The notes below the pieces were generated by a model that worked only from the letters and a program-made list of their open reading frames with translations, had not been told where the DNA came from and made no database searches. Position numbers and translations under genes: made by a program. This document shows, piece after piece, positions 1 to 13,620 of a DNA stretch of 64,000 bases (position 1 is the first letter of the stretch; each line of letters starts with the position of its first letter). The DNA comes from Macrostomum lignano (lineage: Eukaryota): contig NIVC01002985.1 in NCBI GenBank assembly GCA_002269645.1, positions 1-64,000 of the forward strand, in the 5' to 3' direction.

Positions 1-733
1 TCACATTAATTGACAGACGTATTTGATCGAATTTTACTTAAGTGAGGGTAGTAATTACGTTCATATCTACAAATATAAGTAAAAACAAAACCACAAAGGT
101 GGGATTGAAAGCTTTATATAAAAACTAACAGGTAACAGCTACTATATGTAAGGGTAAATAAATTTACTGACTAAACAGTGCACGTGCTTCTATTAATTTA
201 GTACAAGTTAATGCATTTAGCTATAACTTAAGGCACAAATTAATAAGGCACAAGCGCACTATATAATTTTTAGAGAAAGTAATCACGCGTATAATTCGCC
301 TTTTCAAAAGACATTCCCTAATTTTTGAAAAAAAAGGTTTTACTTGTCAAAAGTATAAAAACAACGTCAGTTGAATTCTCAGGCCTCGATAAAAAGATTT
401 TTGTTTGAACTGTTACGCCCGAAACTCAAATGATAAAAAACTGGCTTCATATACATGTAAATGTGTTTTCTTTGCCTAATAATGGCAAATAGTTTAGTCA
501 AGTGAGACCATGAGATCAGCATGCAATTATCAGAGATGATAAAATCAAAGATTCGGTTATTCAGACTTAGAGACAGTGTTGTTCATCACCTATGCTTATA
601 AGGCTTGAAATACCTCACTCGAGCAGGATGATGGTATATCGGTAGCTTTTAAATGAGTTTCATTTAAAGTATAAAGATCGCAGCAGACTCGCTGCTGCTG
701 GGACAGCTGTGACAACAAACTCAATTTTTTTAA

Positions 734-3700
734 TTAAGCGGTAGCCGACGCGGTGACATTTCTCACCGCCCAAGGTGGCAGTTCACGGAGTCCGAAGATG
801 GCCGGAGCGTAGCTAATCGTTGCCACGGCAACCAAGGAGTTGCTAAGCAGCCACATGACGACGCCGGTTCTCAACTAGAATATAGAATTGTTTAATTTTC
901 TTGAAATTGAAACACAGTTAACAACCCCTATTGGTCTCTGAATCAAAGTCTTGTACATTTGTAGGTCATTTAGCACGACAACTGCAGAGACAGTTTCGGT
1001 AATAACAACTTATTAATACACCGTGACTAGCTAGATGGGACTTGTTGTCCTTTGTTGCTTCACTGATTACGTTTTCTTTGCTGCAGTACGAGGTGTTTAA
1101 GTAATTTGGCCATATTGTCATTGTAGGCAATAGCTAGCTAGGCTTACCATATCCACGGCCCTCAGGTAGCCCCTGGAGAACACCAGAATATTTGCCGGCG
1201 TAGAAATCGGCAGAATGAAGGCGAATGAGCACGAAGCGGTGGACGAAAGCATCAGGTAGAACGGGTGCACGCCGATGTTTTGGCTCTGCAATTAAGCGAG
1301 CATATACAGATATTTACACAGACAAGCTTACATGCATGTAGGGTTAGGATTTCGGCGCCATATTCCATATTCTAGGACACCTGTTCACTGTTGAACTCAT
1401 ACTACAACCGATAAGTACATGTGCGGATGTACACAATGTACTTACAAAGCTGGCCAAGATAGGCAGCAATATAGTTGCGGCCGTGCCGTTTGAAGTCCAC
1501 TCCGTCAGCAGAGCGGAGAACAGGCAGAAGATGAAGATCAGAGCCTCCAAAGGTACAACTTTCAGGTGCAACAGTTGCTGACCAATCCAGTCTGACAAAC
1601 CCGACACCTGTGAATGAATATATCAAGTCAGTAAGAAAGAAACTCAGGTGATGAGTTATATTATTATTAGCAAGGATGTCTGATGATGAACGCAAGGACC
1701 ACTAGAAGTTACCGTTAACGGTAACTTCTAGTGGTCCTTGGATGAACGTCACTGAATACTACAGCACTTGTGCTGCAGAAACCAACCAACCCTTGAAGTG
1801 TCAGCCAGAGCGAATCCAGCGCCCAGCATGAGCACAATGTTCCAGGCTACTCGTTCCTGCATCAACCGCCAGGTCATCATCCTGTCCGGTCGGTCGTCAA
1901 TCTGCACAATCAGGTTCGGCTCAACCGTGACTTCGCGGGAATAGGTGCGTCTCCGTCTACGACTGGACGATTTGCCACAGCGCTGTGGGCACTTGCAGGT
2001 GCAGCAGCTAAAGGGATTCTTGGACGGCAGGAAGAAGAGAAGTATGGCCGATAGGATGACTGGCTGAGCGTCGCTAGTGAAGGACATGGTGTTGCTCGTG
2101 TTTTTAGGGTCCGGGCCGAGGAAAAGGGCCGACCAGCCGCGAACTCCGGGCTCCCGGCTGATCCAGAGACAGATGGTAAGCACAAAGAGCAGAATGACGT
2201 TCACTTCAGCGTACCTGTCACGAGGTTTATAGTTCGACATGAGGTTATTGGGGTTCACTACCAGATCGAATTAAGCATCGACTTGATGATACTTTACTCA
2301 CGAGATAGGCCCGAGTTTCTGATACTCCCTGCGCAGTGTCGCCTTGATTCGCTCCTCGTCACTTTTTGGCAAGGTGTTCGGTCGCACAAAGCTCCTGGAT
2401 GAGTGTTTGAAGAGTTGTAGCTAGTTAGTCCATGGGGCATGAACAAGTACGTACCGATATTTATGATTGTGAAGTATAGACAGAGCGACGTGGTTTTATT
2501 GTTTTACAGGACTAAAAGTGCGCATGTCAGGGCTGCTGTAAATCATGTGCAAGTGTGGGCTTTGCCACACAGGGTTACCCCTGCATACTCTCGCATGACT
2601 GACTAATCAATGCTCAATCATTGCTAGCTAAAGCAGAATAAACACGAACCTGAACCCCAAAAAGCTGATCTGCAGCCAAACCCAAGCGATGAGCAGAGTT
2701 ACAACGGCCAGCGGCAGACCATAGAACAACCAGCTGCTGTAGTTTAGCGACGTCTCCGAGCCGAAGTATTCGGCCACGATGCCGTTCAAGATTACGTTAG
2801 GAGCCGTGCCGGTCAGGGTGGCGACCCCGCCGAACACGGCGCCGTAGGACACGGAGAGCATCAGCATGCGGCAGATGTTGGCAAACTCGGCGTTGCGCTT
2901 GTCGGCAATGAACTCTTTCATGGGCACGCGCATGTCGACGTCGTGCGCCGAATCAATCTCCGCATCCACGTGCCGATCTTCGGCAACGATTTCGTCGTCG
3001 TCCAACTCTTTAGCTGTCTGTCCCTCGACGTCGCTCTCTGGTGCGAAGTCTTTGTCGCCACAGCCAGCATCGTGATTGCCGATTCCAGACGCGACCGTTG
3101 TCTGGTCGCTGCTCGACGAAGCGGCCGACATTTCGAAGGCGGGATTCACTGCGCCAGTCTCCACGGCACCCCCCTCGAAATCTCGGCGCCCCTCTGACAT
3201 TTTGGCTGCCGTTTCAACGTCTAAAGCGTTGCTATGACGGCGCTGGTGAGAGTGCCTGGAATGCGCGGCTTGGTAGTGCTTGCGCAGCTCCACCAGCACG
3301 GCCTCCGCTATGGGGAGCATCATGGCCACCGTGGCGGTGTTGGAGATCCACATCGACAGAATCCAAGTGGGAATGAGGAAGCCAAACAGAAGCCTGCCAG
3401 TGAGTTTTGGGCATCATCAATTTGAGTTGGAGATTTGACAAATATGAGAACAGCCTGAGTATTTTGAAAGTCGGCGTAACTGATATTTAATGTCGCTAAA
3501 TTTGACCGAAAACTTGCACCATTGTTATATACGAGTATATACTGTACTTTGATTCTTTGAAAGTCAAAATCCTTCGCTGGGCGTTACATCAGAAAGTCAA
3601 ACGTAAAAAACACCTGCTCAAACATTAAGGATTTGATATCTCTGCTTTCTGAGATTAGGAACTGATTATGTGCAGTTCAAAATTAAAAACTCGCTATTAT

Positions 3701-6081
3701 AAACTTATTAAGTTAAGGTACTTTATCTACGCTCGTATTTCTGTTTAAAAAAATCTTGAGATATCTCTAGTAACTATCTCTAGATATCTCTAGTATCTCT
3801 AGATATCTCTAGGGTCTCGCTGCTGACTGCTGACAAAAGAAAACTAAAAGCACTTGTATAAGTATAAAAGACGCTTTTAAGTGTCGGAGTCTACTTTTTA
3901 AAAGAATAGTTTTTATGTGAAAGACTTGAGCTTATAACTACAATATAATTGATAAAAGCTGGCATTTTCTAGTCTGGGAGACGGCCTGAGAGAGAAGCGG
4001 TTCAGACCAGTTTTCCAGACTATGAGACTCGAGTAATCGCTTTTTTGAAACACTGCTCTGGCTCTTTACGAGAACAATCAGTTCTAGCTTTTCATTCCTA
4101 ACACCGAACTTCACAAACCAAAGCAGGTAAAAAGCAGGGACCCTTTTAAGACACACAAAGGTCCTGATTTAAGTTAAGCACTAATTGAAATGCGAGTCTT
4201 GGACATTATCAAAGAGAATATTTGTCGTAAACTTGCTAAATTAAACGGTTGGAATTTGGAGAAGGTCCTGCAGAGCTCATATTTAGAAGATTGATGCATG
4301 TCAACATTGTCAAGGATGTCTAATTTGATGTGCGCTGCTTCTGTTAAAATTTAACTAACTGTTTTTATTTATAGGGTGATCCGGAATGGTCTCCTGGATA
4401 ACAAAACCGAGTTTTCTCTGAACTTGCTTGGTCGATTTAGATTGGGCAGAAAGTTGACCTGCTTCAACCTTGTGTTCTGATGATATTCTTTACTTTATAA
4501 TCTTGCTGCTTGCTTCAAAAAGCATGAAGTTTTCTTAGAAAAAACACCCGCTTCACTAACTGACGTAACTACACTGCATTTCAGCTCCATGGTTGACACG
4601 CCAGTTGAGAGATTCGAAATGGCATCCTGGCTTTAAGAAGTTTGAATAAGCCCTCAGGCAGACTTACACAGACAACAAGGGCCATCATGTTGAGCAGTGA
4701 CTGACAGCTTTCATAGCAGATGGATACAACTGTGATAAACACGGCTAAAACCCGGAAATTACCAAGATTTTTAAGTAATAAACACCATCCATCAGAACAC
4801 AAGGCTTCAGCAGGTCACGTTTCAGCTTAATTCATCCACCTAAGTGCAGAGAAAACTCGATTTGTCAGCCGGCAGACTTTTCTGGACCCAGTCCTGTACA
4901 TTGTATTCCGACTGATTGTCGACCCGGTGACTCACCATCTGGGCTGCACGCCGCACAGCAGCAGAACTTTGAGCGCAACTCTCTTATGAAGATCCCAGAT
5001 CTCGATGGAAACTGCTAGAATTAGGCCGCCGAGGAACAGCATGTTTGAGTCCTAGAATAGGATAGGAAAAAGACAATTATAGTTACTTGGGGAGCAGAGG
5101 GTTTTTGTCGTGCGATTCACACCCATGCTCGATGATTAGAAAGGCGGGGCCGATGTACACCCTGTGTGAGCAGTACACACAGTCTGTGCCTTTGTGGTTG
5201 ACCCTTGGGGCTTGAGTTGCGTGAAGTCTCCGTGCACAAATTCCAAAATTACATAAGAAGGCTAAAAGTGGTTTCGAATTCAAGAAGAGCCTTTGGGACG
5301 AGAGTCAGGCACGTTGGCTCTAAAATTCGGTTTTTAAAAATTCGATTATTTCTTTTAAATTTCAAAAGTACATTTCAAAACCTTAAAATAGGCCGGGCAG
5401 ATGTCTCTGCTAGGCATGATGCCAAGCGCTGGCACCAGCACCACGGGCAGCAGGGCCGTGATTCCCAGCGGAACAACTTCGAAGTTCCAATAGAACGACA
5501 TCGTGATGATTACAAATGCGGCTTTGGCCTCCTGAAATCGAGAAATTGGAAAGGCTTGAAGCTACTACTCTAAATAGTGGAACCACAGATGCGAAGATAG
5601 TAAACTATCTGATGTCTTATATGGCATCCAAAAGGTGCACCCCTGACGTCTAAAAGATCGTTCACACCACCATAAATTCACACATCATCCAAGGTAACGC
5701 TTAATGAAAATACGCCTAAAGGTGGCGCCCTGACATCTTCTAAGATGGCGTCCATGAATCATAATTTGACATTAAATAAATAGAGAGCACCTTCTGAAAT
5801 GCAGCTAGCCAAACACCGGTCTCAAACTCATCGAGCATAAGCAGATGGTTACGCAATATTCGCCAGTATAGCCGAGTAAACAATCTCGCAGCAAAGCAAA
5901 TGGCAAAGCAAAGAATTATTACACAACTAGTGCAAACCTTGGTTCCAACATAGAAGATGAGCGGCAGGAGAGCCAACGGCACCAGAAAGGTGGCAATCAC
6001 TGCCCGATGACGCAGCAACGTCTTCAACACAAGGAGACATCGGTTCGGCGCTTTCGCTGCAGCAGATTCTCGCTCCGACAT
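734..6081 (-). CDS. SLC13: SLC13 family Na+-coupled di/tricarboxylate or sulfate symporter (INDY/NaDC-like), 9 exons, ~703 aa
   Basis: Exons (-): 6081-5938, 5531-5382, 5051-4936, 3393-2650, 2394-2302, 2214-1791, 1607-1446, 1285-1148, 874-734. All have GT-AG ends and matching phases, 2112 nt in total. Family motifs: [84 protein letters not shown]. Confidence 0.93.
1693..1740. mobile_element. 48-bp perfect palindrome with 8-bp target-site duplication (minimal hAT-type MITE or transposon footprint) in SLC13 intron 6
   Basis: CAAGGACCACTAGAAGTTACCGTT plus its exact reverse complement with no spacer. GATGAACG flanks it directly at 1685-1692 and 1741-1748. Confidence 0.75.
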
Positions 6082-7399
6082 GGTGCCTGCTCTGCTGATC
6101 GCGGCTGAAGACTCTGCGCAGCGAATCTCGACTGCCTGTTGGGCTTCCGAAATTATATATAATCGGAGAAGCAAAGCACCGAGAGGACCCAGTTCTGACC
6201 CAATGGATGCGTTTGCTTGTGTGCCCGCATGCGACCCATACCGGTTTATGAGAGATTCCAAATTTAATAATATGAGCCCCCGTGTGCACTGCTCCGCCGT
6301 ACGCATTGTGCCCGCCGCAATGTGAAAGAGAGCCGTGCCCCCTCGCCCCTCCTCAGCTCATCTGGTTCGACAGTCCAAGCCCCCCCCCTCGCCGCAACCA
6401 GAATGAGCAAACTCAACCCAGAATCCAGTCGTCATTTTAAGGTGGGTATTCTCAATTCCACCCCCTCCCCTCCTCACGCTGACCTCTTGCACGCGTCGTG
6501 CTGCAATTTCTATTTGAGTATTTAATTGAGAATAGAAACTTTCTATTCACATAGCCCAGACGAAATTTTGACAACCGAAAAACACCTGGAATTGGGCCAC
6601 AAGTGAAGCAGATTTCTGTCTCTAATTGCGATGCGGTTGCTTGAGCCTGTCTGCTACCGATTAACAAGTATTTTGATTTTATAATCTTATGGATGGTTGC
6701 TTGAAAATTGCCATTTAGTGCAAAGAAGTTTCGACAGCGCCTCTATCGGTGACTGACAGTTCTGACAGCATGGTCTCTATACGTCTTTGATAGGCATCTA
6801 TATGCTTTTAACTTTTAACATGTGTTGTACATATTTAGAATTTTAGATGCCATTATTATAATAACTGTCAGTATTCATTAGTCTGCAGGGTCATTTTAGA
6901 TCGTATTTAACAGGCATTGCTTCCCACACAGGCATGAACTATGGACACTTTTCAGTCTGTATTTGAAGATTTGCTTAATATTAAATAAGCAATTTTTGCA
7001 AGAAAAATTTTCTGTGACTGCTTTATCCTGTCACAACAAGTTTCTACATTAAACGTTTCTTTCTGCAGTTTGAAAATTGACCTCAAAGCAGAGCTTACAG
7101 AGAGGAAAGACTTTGCAGAGTGGGTTGCAGTATTGTTCAGCATTTCACCTGAGCAACTTGTTATTAAATAGCTTTAGCTCATGTACACTGCTGTTGGTAT
7201 AGCTGACACTAAATGCCATGCCGTGTTATTGTTTACACAGCGGCAAAGTGTGTAACACAAGTGATAATTCTAGAAATGTTTAGATTTTTGTATTTAGCTC
7301 AAAATCATAGACCCCTTGAAGCCTTGGCATCTCCAGCTTCTGATGTACGTCAGATATGAATGCATGCGAATATAAGTCTGTTAAACTAGGCTGAAGATA

Positions 7400-7705
7400 A
7401 TAATAGTAATGATAATATAATAGTAATAATAGTAATAATAATTGTCTGATTAGATCCGCACTAAAAGGCAAATGTGCAACCGACAGCTCAGCCGCAGCTT
7501 TGCCCGGTGCATCTGAAGGCTGCGTACGGCTGTTCAGTCCAAGGACTGGGGGTCGCCACACCCCAGCTAATGCTGGCACCCATTTTACAGCTGGGTGAAC
7601 TGAAGCAATACAGAGTTAAGTTCTTGCTCAAGGACACAAACTGTTCCAAATTGGGTCGAGAATCGAAGACAAGAGGTCTCAGCCTCACCTGGTCGCTTAG
7701 TGAAG
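7400..7705 (-). mobile_element. tRNA-derived CORE-SINE, copy 1 (5' head degraded)
   Basis: Minus strand reads TGTGTCCTTGAGCAAGAACTTAACTCTG...CAGTTCACCCAGCTGTAAAATGGG, resembling the MIR/CORE domain. (TAT)n-like tail at ~7400-7440. Closely matches the copies at 16.4 kb and 34.7 kb. Confidence 0.75.
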
Positions 7706-8300
7706 CCTTTATTAAAATGTTTTTCACTCATTTTAAAGTATATAACATTCATTATTCATTCAACACTACTCTTAGTAACAAGAATAGCTTTTTTGTACAA
7801 ATTATAAAATCAAGAGAGGAAGAACTTACTTTAGACTAAAATATTCAAAGGCGATTGAAAAACACGAGGAGAAATGAGATTCTAGAGAGATAGAGAAAGA
7901 GAGACAAAGAGAAAGAATGAGATTAGAGATATAGGTCGAAAATATCCCTCAGAGAGACAAAAATCGGAGGTCAACACATCGATATACGCAGAAGGAAAAT
8001 TGCAAGCAGTTTTTGAAATGTCGCAAGATTTTGCTGAATTGTAAATGCCACGCTCGTAGTCTATTTTTCGTATTTATTGCGTTTGTTCTTTTATTTATAG
8101 ACTAATTTACAAATTTATATATTCAAAAGTTGGTTGTCACTCCTTTTTAAAATTCTAAATCAAAACCTGCTTCTTGCTACGGTCTATCAGGCACCAATGC
8201 TTCAAGCGTCTTAGGACAAATCATTAAGGTGCTTGCGGTTTCACGTGCTCGAAATACTTCGTGTCCAGAGTTGTCTGTTGTTGATTCATTTTAGTTCTCA

Positions 8301-8840
8301 GCCCCCTCTGTAGGTGGCGCCCCCTCTGTAGCTGGCGCCTCCTCTGTATCTGGCGCCTCCTCTGTACCTGGTGCCTTACTCTGTACCTGGCGCCCCCTCT
8401 GTTTCTAGCTCCCCCTCTGTAACTGGCGCCCCCTCTGTATCTGGCGCCTTACTCTGTAGCTGGCGCCCCCTCTGTAGCTGGCGCCCCCTCTGTATCTGGC
8501 GCCTTACTCTGTAGCTGGCGCCCCCTCTGTAGCTGGCGCCCCCTCTGTAGCTGGCGCCTTACTCTGTAGCTGGCGCCCCCTCTGTAGCTGGCGCCCCCTC
8601 TGTAGCTGGCGCCTTACTCTGTAGCTGGCGCCCCCTCTGTAGCTGGCGCTCCTTCTATAGCTGGCGCCCCCTTCTGTAGCTGGCGCCCCCTTCTGTAGCT
8701 GGCGCCCCCTCTGTAGCTGGCACCCCCTCTGTAGCTGGCGCCCCCTCTGTAGCTGGCGCCCCCTCTGTAGCTGGCGCCCCCTCTGTAGCTGGCGCCCCCT
8801 CTGTAGCTGGCGCCCCCTCTATACTCGACGCCCCCTCTGA
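8301..8840. repeat. 18-bp minisatellite (CTGTAGCTGGCGCCCCCT)n, ~30 copies
   Basis: Direct tandem array. It explains ORFs 8614-8904 and 8655-8843. Confidence 0.95.
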
Positions 8841-9321
8841 CAATTGTTACGGCAGATTGGAAATTCTCATGAATTCCCTCCGCTGACGAAAAAGTAAAAA
8901 ACAATCGAGATTGTTAGTTTAACAAGATCAGCGCCCCAGCCACTGAAAGTTGGTCGCTCAGTTTTGCTCGCATTTTTAATTAGCACCCCATCCCATCCCT
9001 TCCCACTATGCTGCAACACATGACTTTTTTCCGTAACCTTTTCGTTCAGCAAGTCGCAGCCAAGCACGCAGTTAGCAAAATTTTTCTGCAGTTTTCACTG
9101 CATTCCTGGAAAATGTCATCTAGCCACACACGCAGTAGGGCGGGGTTGTCTGCAGAGGGTTTCAAAATATAAAATACACTGTACTTCTACATAGATGGTG
9201 CTATGGATGAAAAGTGTCGAAGCTCTAACAACTTTTTACACGTACCTTTCAAACAACCGTCTTCATCAAGTCTTCGCTGCCTTCAACTGACAAGCGCTTA
9301 AGTGGGTCTTTTTCATTCGTC

Positions 9322-9712
9322 GAGGCAGGGCCTGTGTGCACCCTGGCGCACTTTAAGCGACATTGTCACACAACCGGCAAGTGGCATTCCTGCCCATTCC
9401 GCCGACTCCCCTGAGCAGGCACACAAGCGCGCGGATACGTACGCAGTCATACGCACAGGCACACACTCACACAGGAGTGTACAGCGGCCCTGACTTTGTT
9501 TATCGTTAGGCATGTACACTTCAATGTGCCTTGGGGGTTGACACTCAAGGCTGTTAATTGCACGAGCAGAGCCAAGCCGAGATTCCAATTTGCCCCCAAA
9601 TTGATGTGACTCATCATCGATCGATCCTGGGCCGATCCCATCAGAGCGCCCCGCTGGACCAACACCATGGGCTACGGCCACAATCGCCTAAGTGGATCAT
9701 TGCTGCTTCTCT
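9322..9712 (-). mobile_element. Interspersed repeat family 2 (tRNA-like SINE candidate), copy A
   Basis: Colinear similarity with 33722-34008 (CACTTTAAGYGACATTGTCAC, TGCCCATTCCG, ATGTACACTTCA, GTTAATTGCACRAGCAGAGCCAAGCCGAGATT). A-box-like TGGTCCAGCGG and degenerate B box on the minus strand. ~110 bp extra relative to copy B. Confidence 0.55.
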
Positions 9713-10523
9713 GGCTAGCATTGAGAAGTTTTATCGTAGCCATATGACTTTGATTGGAGTTTGATGAGCAGTCGATGGCGCCACAACAAAACGTGAACTT
9801 TCGTGTCGACCAAATATCTGGTTAGAAATTCCGCAACTCTTACGAGCGTCAGTGTGCCATGGATAGATAGAGGTAGACAGTTCCGAATGTCGAAAGTGAT
9901 TTCGGGTTTACTTGGGGATTGAAGGGCGCAAAGCCGGGAAAAGAAGGCAAGCTCCGAAGCCGCACCTGACGCTACGAAATCTCTGGGGAGTTGCCGCCTA
10001 CCTGTCCAAGCAGGACGAATAGTGAACCGAGCGTGAACTATCGATTGCGTGGGTCGAGTCGTAGACTTTTCGTTCGCATAAAATATTTTATTTATTCCCC
10101 TCGGCTGTGGCAGGTAGACCGCCACAGAGCCGTGTTTGTTTTAAGTGAAGGCAGACGGAAATGTCAGTGGAGGCTTCAGGGGCTGCATCTGTCTGTCCCT
10201 TGTACAATTTTACGGGTTCCACTGCGTGGGACAGCGTGGCAGAGAGTTGGCGACTTCTGTTAGCCGTAAACTGGGGTGGCTCTGTTGATGCAGGCTTTAT
10301 TGAGAGTCAATGCCGATTCCCGATCCGCGAGGTGGTTGGGTTGAATCAGAAAACTCTCTCCATATTGCGTTTATTTTCTCTGCGGCAACCAAGTTGAAAC
10401 TCGATTTATCCCTACGCAAAGCACCTGCTGGTAAACTGGCATGCGAGCTGTCCATCAGTGAATTGTTGTTATAATATTTCCCGATTAGTTTTGCCCATTA
10501 AGTTCACCTCAGGTAAACTTGGG

Positions 10524-11320
10524 ACACAGCAGCTGAGGCAATGGTAGACACAGTAGCTGAGGCAATGGTAGACACAGTAGCTGAGGCAATGGTAGACACA
10601 GTAGCTGAGGCAATGGTAGACACAGTAGCTGAGGCAATAGAAGACACAGTAGCTGAGGCAATGGTAGACAGAGCAGCAGAATCAATGGTAGACACAGCAG
10701 CTGAGGCAATGGTAGACAGAGCAGCTGAGGCAATGGTAGACAGAGCAGCTAAGGCAATGGTAGACAGAGCAGCTGAGGCAATGGTAGACAGAGCAGCTGA
10801 GGCAATGGTAGACAGAGCAGCTGAGGCAATGGTAGACAGAGCAGCTGAGGCAATGGTAGACACAGCAGCTGAGGCAATGGTACAGGCAATGGTAGACACA
10901 GTAGCTGAGGCAATGGTAGACACAGCAGCTGAGGCAATGGTAGACACAGTAGCTGAGGCAATGGTAGACACAGCAGCTGAGGCAATGGTACAGGCAATGG
11001 TAGACAGAGCAGCTGAGGCAATGGTAGACACAGCAGCTGAGGCAATGGTACAGGCAATGGTAGACAGAGCAGCTGAGGCAATGGTAGACACAGCAGCTGA
11101 GGCAATGGTACAGGCAATGGTAGACAGAGCAGCTGAGGCAATGGTAGACACAGTAGCTGAGGCAATGGTAGACACAGCAGCTGAGGCAATGGTACAGGCA
11201 ATGGTAGACACAGCAGCTGAGGCAATGGTACAGGCAATGGTAGACACAGCAGTTGAGGCAATGGTAGACAAAGTAGCTGAGGCAATGGTAGACAAAGTAG
11301 CTGAGGCAATGGTAGATATA
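10524..11320. repeat. 24-bp minisatellite (GCAGCTGAGGCAATGGTAGACACA)n with 12-bp half units
   Basis: Direct tandem array of roughly 33 units. Confidence 0.95.
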
Positions 11321-11569
11321 TACGCTTAGTAATCCGAAATTTCCCACCCAAATCAGCCCTCTGCATGGCATAAACCGAGGAGAATTGATAGCAGTAAACA
11401 TGTGGCTTCTGTCACGTTGAGAGCTCTGCCGATTTTCCACCGTAAGCAATTAGTTTCTGGGGGGAGACAAATTGCTGCTTGCATGACAGAAAGACAAATT
11501 GGCTTCGTTTCTTGGAATCAATTTTGATGGGTATTTTAGGGAAATTTTTACGCACTGACCGATTAGCTA

Positions 11570-12258
<689 letters not shown>

Positions 12259-12828
12259 CATGCTGTCAAGTCTGCTCTGCACTCCATAAAGTTATGGCAG
12301 GATTCCCAATATTTTTTCGAACTTCCAAGCTCAAAGGCGGCACGGCTCGTCTTCAGATTTTTATTGTTCAACAAGCCGCAGCAGCAGCCCCTCGGCAGTT
12401 CAAGCAGTTAACAGACTGCCTGATCTCCTGATTTTGCTTCAAGGGATTTTTATTGCTGCAGCGACAAATTCTGCCAAGGCGAGTGCGGCGAAGGCCGTGT
12501 GGAGTTGGAAGCGAAATCGCGACCCCGAGGAGCAGAGCAGCTGTTGGTTTTAACTTTGCTTCCAGCCAGCTAAAGCAGAAGCTTGGCTGCATCCTGGTAA
12601 AGGCCAGGGAGTGCTGCAAGTTCGTGTTATTGCGTCTTTACGGCATTCCTGGTGGCGCCTTCAATCATGCCTGCCTTTCAATAAGTCTGCGTAGGCAGCC
12701 TGCTTTGGGTGCCCGCTGGGTTTGATTCAACAAATTTTGGAGGGAGTTCGCAGATTGAAAGTTGAAAGTCGTCGTGAAACAGCAACAACTTTTGTGGACT
12801 GCTGCGACTCTTGCAGAGAGGATAAGAT

Positions 12829-13620
12829 AGGGAGAGAGGGAGAGAGGGAGAGAGGGAGAGGGGGAGGCGAGAGGGAGAGAGGGAGAGGGGAGGCGAGAGG
12901 GAGAGAGGGAGAGGGGGAGGCGAGAGGGAGAGAGGGAGAGGGGGAGACGAGAGGGAGAGAGGGAGAGGGGGAGGCGAGAGGGAGAGAGGGAGAGGGGGAG
13001 ACGAGAGGGAGAGAGGGAGAGGGGAGGCGAGAGGGAGAGAGGGAGAGGGGGAGGCGAGAGGGAGAGAGGGAGAGGGGGAGACGAGAGGGAGAGAGGGAGA
13101 GAGGGAGGCGAGAGGGAGAGGGAGGCGAGAGGGAGAGAGGGAGAGGGAGAGAGGGAGAGGGGGAGACGAGAGGAAGAGAGGGAGAGAGGGAGGCGAGAGG
13201 GAGAGGGGAGGCGAGAGGGAGAGAGGGAGAGAGGGAGGCGAGAGGGAGAGAGGGAGAGGGGGAGACGAGAGGGAGAGAGGGAGAGAGGGAGGCGAGAGGG
13301 AGAGGGGAGGCGAGAGGGAGAGAGGGAGAGGGGGAGGCGAGAGGGAGAGAGGGAGAGGGGAGGCGAGAGGGAGAGAGGGAGAGGGGGAGGCGAGAGGGAG
13401 AGAGGGAGAGGGGAGGCGAGAGGGAGAGAGGGAGAGGGGGAGGCGAGAGGGAGAGAGGGAAAGGAAGAAGAAGGAGAGAGAGAGAATCAGATAAATTCTT
13501 CGTCAGGGCTGGAAAGAGAGAGAGAGAGAGGGGGGGAGAAAGGGAGAGAGGGAGAGAGGGAGAAGGAGAGAGGGAGAAAGAGAGAGAGGGGAAGGGAGAG
13601 AGAAAGAGAGAGCGAGCGAA
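12829..13620. repeat. Purine-rich (GA)-type compound repeat (GAGGGAGAGAGG/GGCGAGAG units)
   Basis: Almost pure A/G on the plus strand. Confidence 0.95.

Noticed and set aside
9715-10450. Overlapping 70-136-aa ORFs in unique sequence
   Set aside because: No recognisable motifs or consistent splice sites linking them to a gene.
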